Shown piece after piece: positions 26,206 through 39,846 of a stretch of DNA of 64,000 nucleotides (the first letter of the stretch is position 1; each line of letters begins with the position of its first letter). Origin of the DNA: Pristiophorus japonicus. Its lineage: Eukaryota. The translations under genes were made by a program, and so were the position numbers. Where the stretch lies: NCBI RefSeq assembly GCF_044704955.1, contig NC_091998.1, positions 60,078,001-60,142,000 on the forward strand. The letters run 5' to 3'. The notes beneath the pieces were generated by a model. That model was not told where the DNA came from. It worked only from the letters and a program-made list of their open reading frames with translations, and ran no database searches.

Positions 26206-26770
26206 TCCCTTTCAGGCAGCGCATTCCAGATCACAACAACTCGCTGCGTGATAAAAGTTCTCATCTCCCTTTGGCTTGGAGTGCAATCATCACTGAGCTG
26301 TCGGCATCATTTTTATTTCACACAGCGCGGTGTGATCTGGAACGCGCTGCCTGAAAGGGCTGTGGAAGCGGATTCAAAAGTAACTTATAAAAGGGAATTA
26401 GATAAATACTTGAAGGGAAAAAAATTCAGAGCTTTGGGGAAAGAGCGGGGGAGTGGAATTAATTGGATAGCTTGACCAAAGAGCCGGCACAGGCAGCATA
26501 GGTGGAATGGCCTCCTTCTATGCTGTCAGATTCTGTGAAATTTAACTGCAGAGCAGATCAGAGACGGACAAGGAAGCTCTGTATATTTGACACCTTTATA
26601 CATTTCCTGGTTTGCCACCTTCCTATCGTTCAGTTATTTTGCCCCCTTATCATGGTTGCTATCGTGGTGAGAATTGACAGGAAATGTGAGGGCTGAACTG
26701 CCTGTCTATTCTAAGTGCTGCTGTGTTGTCTTTATGGCGACTTCTCACTAAAACTCGGAAGAGTACATGA
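26205..26770. repeat. Paralogous noncoding block, copy 1 of 3 (others ~45790-46590 and ~46930-47430)
   Basis: Shared aaatttaactgcagagcagatc...tacatttcctggttt...atggttgctat...gacaggaa(a/g)tg...gaactgcctgtctattct sequence, each preceded by the same CR1 3' fragment. Confidence 0.8.
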
Positions 26771-27244
26771 CTTTAAAATGGCGAGTAAATTGTACCGACC
26801 TGCCCTGGTCCAATTATCCTCTGACCCTGCTTCCCCTGGAGGCTACACTTGGTAAGGACCATGCTGTAAACATTCACAGACAGGAGAGTGAATCACAGAA
26901 TGAATATTGCCTCAAACACGCCCACAAAGGATTGAATTTGTACATTCTGTCTTGGTGGAATGTCGATCAATACCTAAAGACATTATAATCACAATGGAGA
27001 GAAGGATAACTCCAACAGTGGGGACAATGCTGGAGGCGGACGTATGCAGTGAAACCCAGTGAGAATGATCTGGGCTATATTAGCACTCAACAATCGGGGA
27101 TAACATCAGCTCTAAGAAACTGCAACTGATTATGTCAAGCAGTTTAGAACTCATTTTTTGGTGGAAGAGTGGGAGCAGTCCTGTGGTTTCTAGGAAGGTA
27201 AAGTGTCAGATCACACATTCCCATACACAGGACCCTCATCTCTT

Positions 27245-27805
27245 GTTGGTTAGACCACACTTGGAGCACTGCATACAGTTCTGGTCGCCATATTATAAAA
27301 AGGATTTTAGAGCCACTGAGAGGGTGCAGAGAAGATTTACAAGGATGACACCAGAAATGCGAGGGTATACCTATCGGGAAAGGATGAACAGGCTGGGTTT
27401 ACTTGTATTTTGAAAAGAGAGGGCTGAGGGGTGACCTAATAGATGTCTTTAAAATGATGAAAGGTTTTGATAGAGTGGATACAGAGAGAATGTTTCCACT
27501 TGTGGGGAAGAGCATAACCAGAGGTCATCAATATAAAATAGTCATCAAGAAATCCAATCGGGAATTCAGAAGAAACTTCTTTACCCAGAGAGTGGTGAGA
27601 ATGTGGAACTCGCTGCCACAGGGAGTGGTTGAGGTGAATAGTATCGATGCATTTAAGGGGAGGCTGGACAAGCATATGAGGGAAAAGAGAATAGAAGGTT
27701 ATGCTGATAGATTTAGATGAGGAAAGAAGGGAGGAGGCTCGAGTGGAGCATAAATGCCGGCGTGGACTGGTTGGGCCGAATGGCCTGTTCCGTGCTGTAT
27801 GTGCT
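27245..27805 (+). mobile_element. CR1 LINE 3' fragment
   Basis: VRPHLEHCIQFWSP and RRNFFTQRVV..WNSLP in ORFs 27132-27720. Confidence 0.9.
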
Positions 27806-27811
27806 ATATAA

Positions 27812-27897
27812 AACTTGCAGTTTTCATAAATATCATGGTCTTGATATGGATTGATGCGGGGTTTAGATCTTATTTCCAGGACCTCCTCCTCTGTTTT
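27812..27897 (-). pseudogene. Possible orphan cytoplasmic exon with a YEN motif (Siglec/CD22-like tail)
   Basis: Strong acceptor catttccttttctattacag, then KTEEEVLEIRSKPRINPYQDHDIYENCK; abuts a CR1 tail. Confidence 0.4.
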
Positions 27898-28619
27898 CTG
27901 TAATAGAAAAGGAAATGAGCAGAATGACAATCAGCATGATGTGCATTTGGTATCTTTTCGTCCAGTTCGAAAATTCCACCCGCAATTGGAGCCATTGATT
28001 TTTGATATTGTAAAGTGTTGGAATATAACAACAGGAGGAGGCCATTCAGCCCCTCGAGCAAGTTGCACCTTTCAATTACATGGTGGCTGATTTGTCTCTT
28101 AACTCCATCTTTCTGCCATGGTTCTGAAACCCTTAATACCCTTGCCTAACAAAAATCTTATCCATCTCATTTTTGATATTTTCAATTGACCCTCCACTCT
28201 CAACTGCTTTTTAGGGGAGTGAGTTCCAGATTTCCACTACCTTTTGTGTGAAGAAGTCCTTCCTGACATTACCCCTGAACGTTATACCCCCTTGTTCTGT
28301 GCTCTCCCAGCAGAGGAAACAGTTTCTCTCTATCTGTAATGTATTTGCTTCATGGGTTGTTGCTTACGAATTCATAGCAACACATTGCTATCAAGAACTA
28401 GTTGGTTTATTAACAAATGTTGAACAATCACACTCCAGATTACCAGTTCATCCACTAGGCTCACAACTGCATGCCTCATCAGCTGACTGGGGTTTTATTG
28501 AGTCTTGTGAACATCACGTGACTCGCTAAGCGACTCACAATTCAACAACTCTACAACTATTTTAGTTGAACGTAAATCAAGTGCTTTCTTTTGGCAAGGG
28601 CAGCAGAACCAACAAATTT

Positions 28620-29200
28620 CAAATTAAACGTTTAAAGTAACTTACATAAAAATTAAAATTTGGTTGCCAGGGGTGATGATGCACTCCAGTCCCTCCGGCG
28701 CCCACCTCTCGCGGAAGGCCACGAGCGTACCGGTGGACACCGCATGCTCCATCTCCAGGGACACCCTGGCTCGGATGTAACCATGGAAGAGAGGCAGACA
28801 GTCGGGCTGAATGACCCCCTCGACCGTCCGCTGCCTGGACCGGCTGATGGCCCCCTTGGCCAAACCCAGGAGCAGTCCTACGAGGAGGCCTTCCGACCTG
28901 CCTGCTCTCCTCCGCACAGGGTGTCCAAAGATCAGGAGTGTGGGACTGAAGTGCAACCAGAATTTGAGGAGCAGCCCCTTCAAATAATGGAATAGGGGCT
29001 GCAGCCGCGCACATTGAACATACACGTGGAATACGGACTCCTCCAGACCGCAGAAATTGCAGGCGGCCTGGGAGTCCGTGAACCAACTTAAAATCTTATT
29101 GCACGGGACTGCTCCATGCAACACTCTCCAGGCCAAGTTCCCAATAAATAGTGGGAGGACTCCCACATAGAGAGCCCTCCAATGGGGACCCCCGCCCCAC
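28620..29200 (-). mobile_element. Tx1/L1-group LINE ORF2 C-terminus
   Basis: ORF 28642-29166: LAWRVLHGA...CNFCGLEESVFHVYVQC zinc knuckle...AFRERW. Confidence 0.88.
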
Positions 29201-29244
29201 CGTCAACTACAGCTCTACAAACCTGTGAGCATACATTACACCAT

Positions 29245-29925
29245 CTACCCTATCAAATCCTATAACCATCTTAAACACCTCAATAAGATCACCTCTTAAT
29301 CTTCTATACTCAAGGGAATTGAAGCCTACTCTATCTAATGTGTCCTTTGTAATTTAACCTTTTTATTCCCAGTATCATTCTGATGAATTGCTGCTGTACC
29401 CTTTCTAAGGCCAATATATCATTCCTGAGGTGTGGTGTCCAGATCTGAACACAGTACTCCAGATGGGGTCTAACCAGAGCCTTGTTTACCTGTAACATTA
29501 CCTCTGCCCCTTTGTATTCCAGCCCATGTTGCGATAAAGTCCAATCTTCCGTTAACCTTTTGAAATATTTTTTGTACCTGTCTGCTAGCTTCCTATGATT
29601 TCTGGTGCTTGTGACCTCCAAATCTCTCTGCTCCTCCACAGTTCCTAGCTTCTCACCATTTAGATGATCTATCTCTCTTAGGTCCAAAGTGGATGACCTC
29701 ACACTTCCCTACAGTAAACTCCATCTGACACAGTTTTGCCCACACACTTACTCTATCAATGCCACTTTGCAACGTTCCGCTCCCATCTGCACTATTTACT
29801 GTGCCAGCTCACTTAGTGTCATCAGCAATCTTGGGTATACGGCTCTCTATTCATTTGACTAACTCATTTATAAATATAGTGAAAAGCTGAGGTCCAAGTA
29901 CTAATCTCTGGGGACACCACTAATC
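29245..29925 (-). mobile_element. Old CR1 RT fragment
   Basis: KALVRPHLEYCVQIW in ORF 29331-29702. Confidence 0.82.
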
Positions 29926-30899
29926 AGTTTGAATATACACCCATACAGATCAGCCATGATCTTATTGAATGGCGGAGCTGGCTCAAGGGGCCAAATGGCC
30001 TACTCCTGTGCAGGGAGGTCTTACTGCAGTTGTACAGGGCCTCAGTGAGGCTTCGCCTAGAATATTGTGTTCCGTTTTGGTCTCCTAATCTGAGGAAGGA
30101 CGTTCTTGCTATTGAGAGAGTGCAGCGAAGGTTCACCAGACTGATTCCCGGGATGGCTGGACTGACATATGAGGAGAGACTGGATCTGTCATGTATTCAA
30201 CCAGCATTGCAACCCATGTATAAACTGACATAAGTTGTACACCGTGAGAACACTGACCTCTAGGTGGGAGACACTCCTAACCTGGACCTTCAGGTATAAA
30301 AGGGGAAGCTCCACCCACCTTCATCACTTGAGTGCTAAGGCATAAAGGACAGGTCACAGACTGACCTTCTCTCAAGCATGGGCCTCGTGTGCATTTATAC
30401 TGTGTAGTAAGGACGTATCAATGGCGACAAGAAACTGGGATTTAAACCACGCGAGCATGGCCACTAGCAGAACAGACGAGAGGTACTGTGTTAAGGAATG
30501 GTTGGGACAGAGATTCAACATTGTTAAAGCAGCACACAGTTCTCCAGGCAGACAAGGGCAGTCAGGCATGCCCCAACATGTAGTCGAACCCAGAAGAGGA
30601 GTTCGACAGAGACAATGGCAAGCCGAACAGCGATTCACGCAATTGCAAGGGACAATGCGGCCAGTAATGGGGCCATCAACACCTGTTAATGGTGCACTCA
30701 AGGACAATAACAGGGGCAGTCAGGGACGATCGACTGGCAAGGGACATTTTGTTTCAAACCGCAACTCATGCTGGAGGCGTGGAGGCATACATTCAGCCGG
30801 AGATGAGCAAAATACCTGCAGAAATTGCAGAAATGGACACTGGGGGAAATCGCTGGAAGCTAAAGTTCAGCGAGTTCATGTGGAACATGTATACAGTTC

Positions 30900-31881
30900 A
30901 TAGAAACATAGAAACATAGAAAATAGGTGCAGGAGTAGGCCATTCGGCCCTTCTAGCCTGCACCGCCATTCAATGAGTTCATGGCTGAACATGCAACTTC
31001 AGTACCCCATTCCTGCTTTCTCACCATACCCCTTGATTCCCCTAGTAGTAAGGACTTCATCTAACTCCTTTTTGAATATATTTAGTGAATTGGCCTCAAC
31101 AACTTTCTGTGGTAGAGAATTCCACAGATTCACCACTCTCTGGGTGAAGAAATTCCTCCTCATCTCGGTCCTAAATGGCTTCCCCCTTATCCTTAGACTG
31201 TGTCCCCTGGTTCTGGACTTCCCCAACATTGGGAACATTCTTCCTGCATCTAACCTGTCTAACCCCGTCAGAATTTTAAACGTTTCTATGAGGTCCCCTC
31301 TCATTCTTCTGAACTCCAGTGAATACAAGCCCAGTTGATCCAGTCTTTCTTGATAGGTCAGTCCCGCCATCCCGGGAATCAGTCTGGTGAACCTTCGCTG
31401 CACTCCCTCAATAGCAAGAATGTCCTTCCTCAGGTTAGAAGACAAAAACTGTACACAATACTCCAGGTGTGGCCTCACCAAGGCCCTGTACAATTGTAGC
31501 AACACCTCCCTGCCCTTGTACTCAAATCCCCTCGCTATGAAGGCCAACATGCCATTTGCTTTCTTAACCGCCTGCTGTACCTGCATGCCAACCTTCAATG
31601 ACTGATGTACCATGACACCCAGGTCTCTTTGCACCTGCCCTTTTCCTAATCTGTCACCATTCAGATAATAGTCTGTCTCTCTGTTTTTACCACCAAAGTG
31701 GATAACCTCACATTTATCCACATTATACTTCATCTGCCATGCATTTGCCCACTCACCTAACCTATCCAAATCGCTCTGCAGCCTCATAGAATCCTCCTTG
31801 CAGCTCACACTGCCACCCAACTTAGTGTCATCCGCAAATTTGGAGATACTACATTTAATCCCCTCGTCTAAATCATTCATA
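30900..31881 (-). mobile_element. Young 5'-truncated CR1 inserted between Gypsy gag and protease
   Basis: Open 293-aa RT C-terminus (30999-31880); (catagaaa)n tail; ttcata at both junctions. Confidence 0.95.
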
Positions 31882-34800
31882 CATCAGGACGCCACCGATA
31901 ATGATGAAAGTGCTCCTCAATGGCATCCCAGTATCAATGGAGTTAGACACGGGGGCCAGCCAGTCCTTGATGGGTATCAAACAGTTCGAAAAGTTGTGGT
32001 CATCCAAGGCCAGGAGGCCAAAATTATCGCCGATTGACGCACAGCTACGGACTTGCACAAAGCAGATCATTCCGGTGCTAGGCAGCGCCACGGTAATCGT
32101 GACCCACAAAGATTCGGAGAACAGGTTGCCACTCTGGATTGACCCAGGGGACGGTCCCGCACTACTGGGGAGGAGTTGGCTTGCTGTCATGAACTGGAAA
32201 TGGGCCGATGTCAATGCAATTTCCTCTGTGGAGCGAGTATCATGCTCACAGATCCTGGACAAATTTGACTCATTATTTCAACCCGGCATTGGCACTTTCA
32301 TGGGGGCCAAGGTAGTGATTCACATAAACCCAGACGCCAGACCAGAACACCACAAGGCCAGAGCGGTGCCGTACGTGATGCGGGAAAAGATAGAAGGCGA
32401 ATTGGACCGCCTGTTGAGGGAAGGCATCATCTCGCCAGTCGAATTCAGTGACTGGGCGAGCCCGATTGTGCCGGTGCTCAAGGCGGATGGGTCGGTCAGG
32501 ATATGTGGCGATTACAAGGCCACCATCAATCGGGTGTCACTCCAAGACCAGTACCCGCTACCGAGAGTGGAGGACCTCTTTGCGACGCTATCCGGTGGCA
32601 AACATTTTTCAAAATTGGACCTGACCTCAGCTTACATGACCCAGGAGCTGGCGAGTGAGTCGAAGAAGCTGACCTCCATCACGACACACAAGGGGTTGTT
32701 TGAGTACAACAGATGTCCGTTCGGGATTCGCTCGGCCGCCGCGATCTTCCAACGAAATATGGAAAGCCTCCTCAAGTCGATTCCAGGGACGGTGGTTTTT
32801 CAGGACGACATCCTCATTACGGGTTACGATACTGAAGAACACCTCCACAACCTGGAGGAGGTGCTATGCAGGCTGGACCGGGTAGGTCTGCGACTGAAAA
32901 AGTCGAAGTGCATCTTCCTAGCTCCAGAGGTAGAATTCCTGGGGATGAGGGTAGCAGCAGACAGGATCAGCCCTACTGCATTGCATCCAAGACGGAAGCG
33001 ATCCAGAGAGCACCCAGACCCCGTAACACGATGGAGCTGCGTTCGTTCCTGGGGCTCCTGAACTATTTTGGTAACTTCCTTCCCAAATTGAGCACGCTGC
33101 TAGGGCCGCTACACGTGCTCCTACGCAAAGGTCGCAAATGGATCTGGGGGGACAGCCAGGAAACGTCTTTTAATAGAGCATGCAATTTGTTATGTTCCAA
33201 CAATCTGTTAATGCTATATGACCCATGTAATAAACTTGTGTTAACGTGCGATGCGTCATCCTATGGTGTCGGGTGTGTGTTGCAGCATGTCAATGCCAAG
33301 GGTCAGTTACAGCCGGTAGCTTATGCCTCCAGGAGTCTGTCCCAGGCAGAAAGGGGCTACGGGATGGTAGAAAAGGAGGCGCTCGCATGTGTATATGCGG
33401 TAAAGAAAATGCACCAGTACCTGTTTGGCAGGAAATTTGAGCTGGAGACAGATCACAAACCCCTAACGTCCCTTTTGGCCGACAACAAGGCCATAAATGC
33501 AAACGCATCGGCCCGCATACAGAGGTGGGCACTCACGTTAGCTGCCTATGACTACACAATTCGGCACAGACCGGGCACCGAAAACTGTGCCGATGCACTC
33601 AGCAGGCTCCCACTAGCCACCACTGAGGGGGCTACCGAGCATGGTGCTGAGATGGTCATGGCTGTTGAAGCTTTCGGAAGCGAAGGCTCACCCGTGACAG
33701 CCCGTCAGATTAAAGTCTGGACAAATAGAGACCTGCTATTGTCTCTAGTCAAGAATTGTGTCCTGAATGGGGACTGGGCAGCCACGTACAGGGCATGCCC
33801 TGAGAAATTTAAACCATTTCACAGGCGCAAGGATGAACTCTCGATTCAGGCCGATTGCCTACTATGGGGAAACCACGTAGTCATGCCACAGATGGGCAGA
33901 GAGGTGTTCATCAGAGAACTCCACAATGGGCACCCGGGCATTGTCACGATGAAGGCAATTGCCAAGTCACACGTTTGGTGGCCAGGGATAGACGCAAATC
34001 TGGAACTTTGTGTTCGCAGGTGCAACACGTGTGCCCAGCTGGGCCATGCGCCCAGGGAAGCCCCCCCTGGCCATGGCCCGCCAAGCCTTGGTCACGCATC
34101 CATGTGGACTACGGAGGTCCTTTCATGGGGAAAATGTTTTTGGTTGTAGTAGAAGCCTACTCCAAATGGATCGCGTGTGACATTTTAAATTCAAGCACAT
34201 CCTCTGCCACAGTAGAAAGTCTACGGGCAATGTTCGCTGCCCACGGTCTACCGGACATCTTGGTCAGCGACAATGGCCCGTGCTTCACAAGCACTGAATT
34301 CCAGGACTTCGTGGCAGGCAATAGAATTAACCATGTTAGAACGGCACCATTCAAGCCGGCCTCAAACGGCCAGGCAGAACGAGCAGTGCAGATAATCAAA
34401 CAGGGGATGCTCAGATTCCAAGGGGGTTCCCTACAAACCTGCTTATCACGCCTCCTGTTGGCCTATAGATCCCGACCACACTCGCTCACAGGGGTTCCAC
34501 CCCCAGAGCTACTAATGAAAAGGACGCTCAAAACCCGATTATCCCTTATACACCCCACCATGAAAGAAATTGTCGAGAGCAGGCACCTGTCACAATATCA
34601 CTACCATGACAGGAATGCGAGGGCGCGATGTATTGATGTAAATGATCCTGTTTTTTGTCCTCAACTATGCTGCAGGGCCCAAATGGCTCGCAGGCACTGT
34701 GGTTGCCAAAGAGGGAAATATGATTCTGGTAGTTAAATTTACCAATGGACAAATCTGCCGCAAACATGTGGATCAAACAAAAAGGAGGTTCAGCAACCTC

Positions 34801-35016
34801 ATAGAAGAAGCAGAGGAAGAACACGATATAGAGTTCACTCCACCACAGGTGACCGAACACCGGAACCAAAGGGAGGAGAGCCCAGTCACTGTGGGCAGTC
34901 CGGACAGGCCTGAGGCACTGCAAACAGCAGACACTCAGGCCAGCGTCCAACAACCGGAGCCCCAACTCAGGCACTCTACAAGGGAGCATAAACCACCAGA
35001 GAGACTCAACCTGTGA
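31882..35016 (+). pseudogene. Gypsy pol (PR-RT-RNase H-IN) with ~3 frameshifts
   Basis: LDTGA, FQDDILI, CDASSYGVG, ETDHKPL, HHCC, PWSRIHVD, VSDNGP, SNGQAERAV motifs in ORFs 31901-35016. Confidence 0.93.
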
Positions 35017-36799
35017 TCCCAATAAGACTTTGGTGGGGGAGGTGATGTCATGTATTCAACCAGCATTGTAACACATGTATAATCTGACCTAAGTTGTACA
35101 CCGTGAGAACACTGACCACTAGGTGGGAGACACTCCTAACCTGGACCTTCAGGTATAAAAGGGGAAGCTCCACCCACCTTCATCACTTGAGTGCTAAGGA
35201 ATAAAGGACAGGTCACAGACTGACCTTCTCTCAAGCATGGGCCTCGTGTGCATTTATACTGTGTAGTAAGGACGTATCAGGATCAACTGGGCCTTTATAC
35301 ATTGGAGTTTAGAAGAATGAGAGGGGATCTCATAGAAACATATAAGATTCTGAGGGGCGGGACAGGTTAGATGTGGGTAGAATCTTCCTGATGTTGGGGA
35401 GGTCGATAACCAAGGGACACAGTCTTAGGATAAGGGGTAGGCCATTTAGGACTTGAGGAGAAACTTCTTCACCTAAGAGAATTGTTAACCTGTGGAATTC
35501 CCTGCCGCTGAGAGTTGTTGATGCCAGTTCATTGGATATATTCAAGAGGGAGTTAGATATGGTCCTTATGGCTAAGGGGATCAAGGGGCATGGAGAGAAA
35601 GCAGGAAAGAGGTACTGAGGGAATGATCAGCCATGATCATATTGAATGGTGGTGCAGGCTCGAAGGGCCGAATGGCCTACTCCTGCACCTATTTTCTATG
35701 TTTCTATGTTCCTAGTTCTTATGTTCTTATCCCTACTTCCTAACCAATCCTCTGCACACGTCAATAAGTTGCCTCTAACTATGTGCTCTCATTTATGTTA
35801 ACCGTCTCTTATGTGGAACCTTATCGAATACATAGAAACATAGAAACATAGAAAATAGGTGCAGGAGTTGGCCATTTGGCCCTTCGAGCCTGCACCACCA
35901 TTCAATATGATCATGGCTGATCATGCAACTTCAGTACCCCATTCCTGCTTTCTCTCCATACCCCTTGATCCCTTTAGCCGTAAGAGCCATATCTAACTCC
36001 CTTTTGAATATATCTCGCGAACTGGCCTCAACAACTTAACATAACTTCTGGATGTCCATATAGATTACACCATAGATATTCCCTTACCTGCCACATTAGT
36101 TAACTCCTCAATACATTCCTCTAGGTTCGTTAGATATGATTTACCCTTTACAAATCCAAGCTGGCTCTCTCTGATCAGTTCGTATTTGTCCAAGTGCTCA
36201 GATATTCTGTCCTAATAACAGATTCTAGTCACTTCCCCACAACAGACGTTAGACTAATAGGCCCGTACTCCTCTAATTTATCTCTCCTACCCTTAAATAA
36301 TGGAGCAACTTTCCAATCCAAGGGGACCGTTGCTGAATCAAGAGGGTTGAAAGGAAGGAAGATACGTTTGAGGGAAGGATTGGAGGAATGAAGGAATGAG
36401 TGAAGGAACAAGGAATAGAGGGAAGGAAGGAAGGAGGAAGAGAAGGGAGCAAGCTGGGAGGGAAGCAAGGAAGATTATAAGAAGGAATGAGAGAAGGAGG
36501 GATGGAGAGAGAGAAGGAACATAGACGGGGTCTCAGTTTAAAAAGATGGAACCTCCGACAGTGCAGTGCTCCCTCAGTGCTGCCCCTCCAGTACCACACT
36601 GAGTGTGTCAGCTTGGATTATGGGCTCAAGTCATTACACTTCCTTCGTCCCTTGAACTAGTAACATCTCCTGTATGCCAGACTTGAGCCCTATGGTCAAA
36701 GACACTTTTTGTAAATTCCACAGTCTCGCGTAGATATTAATTTGTTTGTATTTAGAGAGAAGTTGAAGTATCTGTACACTCACATTCCACAGTGATGGT

Positions 36800-37674
36800 C
36801 TCTAAATTGTCAGACTGCTTGTCCGGCATCAGTGCTGGATGAGCGGAAATTTTCTCCACTTAAATATTGGGAAGACCGAAGCCATTATCTTTGGTCCCCA
36901 CCACAAACTGCATTTCCTAGCCACCGGTTCCATCCCTCTCCCTAACATCTGTCTGAGGCTGAACCACACTGTTTTCAACCAAGGTGTCATATTTGACCCT
37001 GAAATGAGCTTCCGGCCTAACTAACTAAAATCATCTATTTCCACCTCTGTAACATTGCCCGTCTCCGTCCCTGCCTCAGCTCATCTGTTGCTGAAATACT
37101 CATCCATGCTTTTATTACCTCTAGACTTGACAACTCCAAAGCACTCCTAGCCGGCCTCCCACATTCTATCCAACATAAACTTGAAGTCATCCAGAATTCG
37201 GCAACCCGTGTCCTGACTCGCACCGAGTCCCGCTCACTCATCACCCCTCTGCTCGTTGCCCCGTGTCCTAACTCGCACCAAGTCCCATTCACCCATCGCC
37301 CCTGTGCTCGCTGACCTACATTGGCTCCCGCCTTGATTTCAAAATTCTCATTGTTGTTTACAAATCCTTCCATCGCCTCGCCCCTCCCTATCTCTGTAAT
37401 CTCCTTCAGTCTCAACCCCCCCGAGATATCTGCCCTCTTGAGCATCCCTGATTATAACTGCTCAACCATTGGTGGCCATGCCTTCAGCTGCCTGGGCCCT
37501 AATCTCTGGAATTCCCTCCCTTAACCTCTCCACCTCCCTAACTCTCTTAAAACCTACCTCTTTGACCAAGCTTTTGGTCATCTGTCGTTATTTTTTTTGT
37601 CTTAATACACTCCTGTGAAGCGCCTTAGGTCATTTGACTACGTTAAAGGTGCCAGATAAATGCAAGTTGTTGTT
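36800..37674 (+). mobile_element. L2-clade LINE 3' fragment inserted in the last codons of a Siglec Ig exon
   Basis: WMSGNFLHLNIGKTE, LIHAFITSRLD; tail aaatgcaagttgttgtt; TSD gtgatggt at 36792-36799 and 37675-37682. Confidence 0.88.
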
Positions 37675-37799
37675 GTGATGGTTATGGGTCTCTCCACTGC
37701 TCCATTCTCTGCCACACACTGATACTCTCCAGTGATTCTGGGTGTAACATGAGAATACTCCAACCACAGTTCGTCGGAACTTCTCCAACTACAGCAAGA

Positions 37800-38102
37800 T
37801 GTTGCCACGTCAGGATTTCGAATTAAATCATGGGCCATGGCCATCACAGGCAAGGCCAGCATTTATTGCCCTTAACTGAGTGGTTTGCTGGGCCATTTCA
37901 GAGGGCAGTTATGAGTCAACCACATCGCTGTGGGTCTGGAGACACATATAGGCCAGAGCGGGTAAGGACGGCAGATTTCCTTCCCTAAAGGACACCCCCA
38001 GAATACCGGGAAGAACCATGGTTGGATTTGAATGCGTGTCTCCGGGCCATTAGTCCAGGTCTCTGGATTACTAGTCCAGGAACATGACCACTGTGCTACC
38101 AT
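37800..38102 (-). mobile_element. tRNA-headed SINE with CR1-type tail inside the Siglec D3 pseudoexon
   Basis: A/B-box-like head tggtagcacagtgg...ttcaaatcc; tail shared with ~58165-58390. Confidence 0.6.
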
Positions 38103-38299
38103 ACGCAGGTACTGAACGACTAACCTTTAATTGTATCAAGAAAAGTACTTGAGGCATTGCGTGGTGCGTCTAAAAACAAATAAAGATCAGTTAACTTACA
38201 TTGGCTGTGAAGCAATTTGAGAGATGACGGGAAGATAAAATGGGTGATATCAATGCAAGTTCCTTCATCACAAAGCACATAAACCAGGCCAACACTTTA

Positions 38300-39087
38300 G
38301 TGCAGTACCGAGGGAACACTGCACTGTCGGAGGGGCAGTACTGAGGGAGTGCCGCGCTGTCAGAGGGGCAGTACTGAGGGAGTGCCGCACTGCCGGAGGG
38401 GCAGTACTGAGGGAGTGCCGCACCGTCGGAGGGGCAGTACTGAGGGAGCACTGCACCATCGGAGGGGCAATACTGAGGGAGTGCCACACTGTAGGAGGTG
38501 CAGTACTGAGGGAATGCTGCACTGTAGGAGTGGCAGTACTGAGGGAGTGCTGCACTGTTGGGGGGTCATTACTGAGGGAATGCTGCACTGTCGGAGCGGC
38601 AGTACTGAGGGAGTGCCGCACTGTAGGAGGGGCAGTACTGAGGGAATGCTGCACGTCGGAGGGGCAGTACTGAGGGAGCGCACTGTCGGGGGGGTCAGTA
38701 CTGAGGGAGTCATCATCATCATAGGCGGTCCCTCGAATGTGGATGACTTGCTTCCATGAGTTCACGGTGTTTTGATGAAGGACCTGATGTTCCAGCCCTG
38801 AACTCCAATTGATGAGGTGGAAGATGCCTGTGCGTGGATTTTTTTCACATATGGTGACCGTTGCACACCAGCCACCACACGGGCTTGACAGAGCTAGGCC
38901 TTGGTCCAGTGGCAAGGATTAACCAAGACGACTGGAGACCTGACTGACTGAGGGAGTGCTGTACTGTCGGAGGGGAAGTACTCCGGGTGTGCTGCACTAT
39001 ACAAGGGGCGGTACTGAGGGAGCGCTGCATTGTCAGAGGGGCAGTGCTGAGGGAGTACCGCACTGTAGGAGGGGCAGTGCTGAGGGA
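38300..39087 (+). repeat. 33-bp DeuSINE-derived minisatellite (gcagtactgagggagtgccgcactgtcggaggg)n
   Basis: Tandem units seen directly; interrupted at ~38711-38946 by a short RTE-related element flanked by actgagggagt. Confidence 0.9.
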
Positions 39088-39846
39088 CCCAGGTTAAGAC
39101 AGGTGCTGTTCCATTGCATGTGTTGTTGAAGGTGCAGCTTACATCCACACGCTTTCTGGCAATAATTCTAGCAGGGAATGTCGTGGGTTTATCTGTGAAA
39201 TCTAACACACAGAGAAAGGATCCTTTTAGATAAATATAACATGAAGCATCAGTTCAAATAGAAATCACAGTCCCAGAACTGAGAGGTTACAATGATCAGG
39301 AAAGGCTGAACAACCTGGGGCTCTACGGCTGAGAGTGAGCTGAAAGACATCGTTACAATTATGAAGGACCAGATGTAGAGACGATACTGCCGCTTGTGGG
39401 GGAGTCTAAAACTCAGGGCCATAAATAAAAGATAGTCACTAATAAATCCAATAGCGAATTCAGAAGAAAGTTCTTTACCCAGAGAGTGGTGAGAATGTGG
39501 AAGTTGCTACCACAGGGATTGCTGTGTTAATATATAACTGGGAGCACAGTCCCGCATTCCTGAACTCTTTTATTCAGCACACGGTCTGAAGTTTGGATCA
39601 AGAAAACAGAAAGATTGGAAGTTTGGATCGAAAAGAAACTGTTGGATAATGTGGTGCCTTCCAGCCATTGAGATGAGTGACTGGTCATGTCTGGATGTTA
39701 AATATTTGAGTACCTTGTTACAGTGGGAATAATGGAAATTCATGACGAAACGATTCTGTATGTTAAGTATTTGATTGTACCTTTGTTACTATTTAATGAC
39801 ATCTGTAGGTTAAACAAGCAATGTTTAGTATTTGAGTACCTTGTTA

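Larger units (their letters stand above)
30187..35279 (+). mobile_element. Ty3/Gypsy LTR retrotransposon with both LTRs, defective
   Basis: 234-bp LTRs at 30187-30420 and 35046-35279 (TG...CA, 6 differences by eye); 5-bp TSD ggatc; PBS tggcgac at 30422; PPT ggtgggggaggtga before the 3' LTR. Confidence 0.96.
30007..35730 (+). mobile_element. CR1 3' fragment (30007-30186 and 35280-35730) hosting the Gypsy element
   Basis: GLTYEERLD | QLGLYTLEFRR is continuous across the insertion. Confidence 0.88.

Noticed and set aside
26960-27045. Hydrophobic minus-strand peptide SIVPTVGVILLSIVIIMSLG as a TM exon
   Set aside because: No intact AG acceptor, and it lies downstream of the putative cytoplasmic exon.
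28335-28555. Possible solo LTR (tgta...taca)
   Set aside because: The flanks ctatc/actat do not form a clean TSD and there is no second copy to confirm it.
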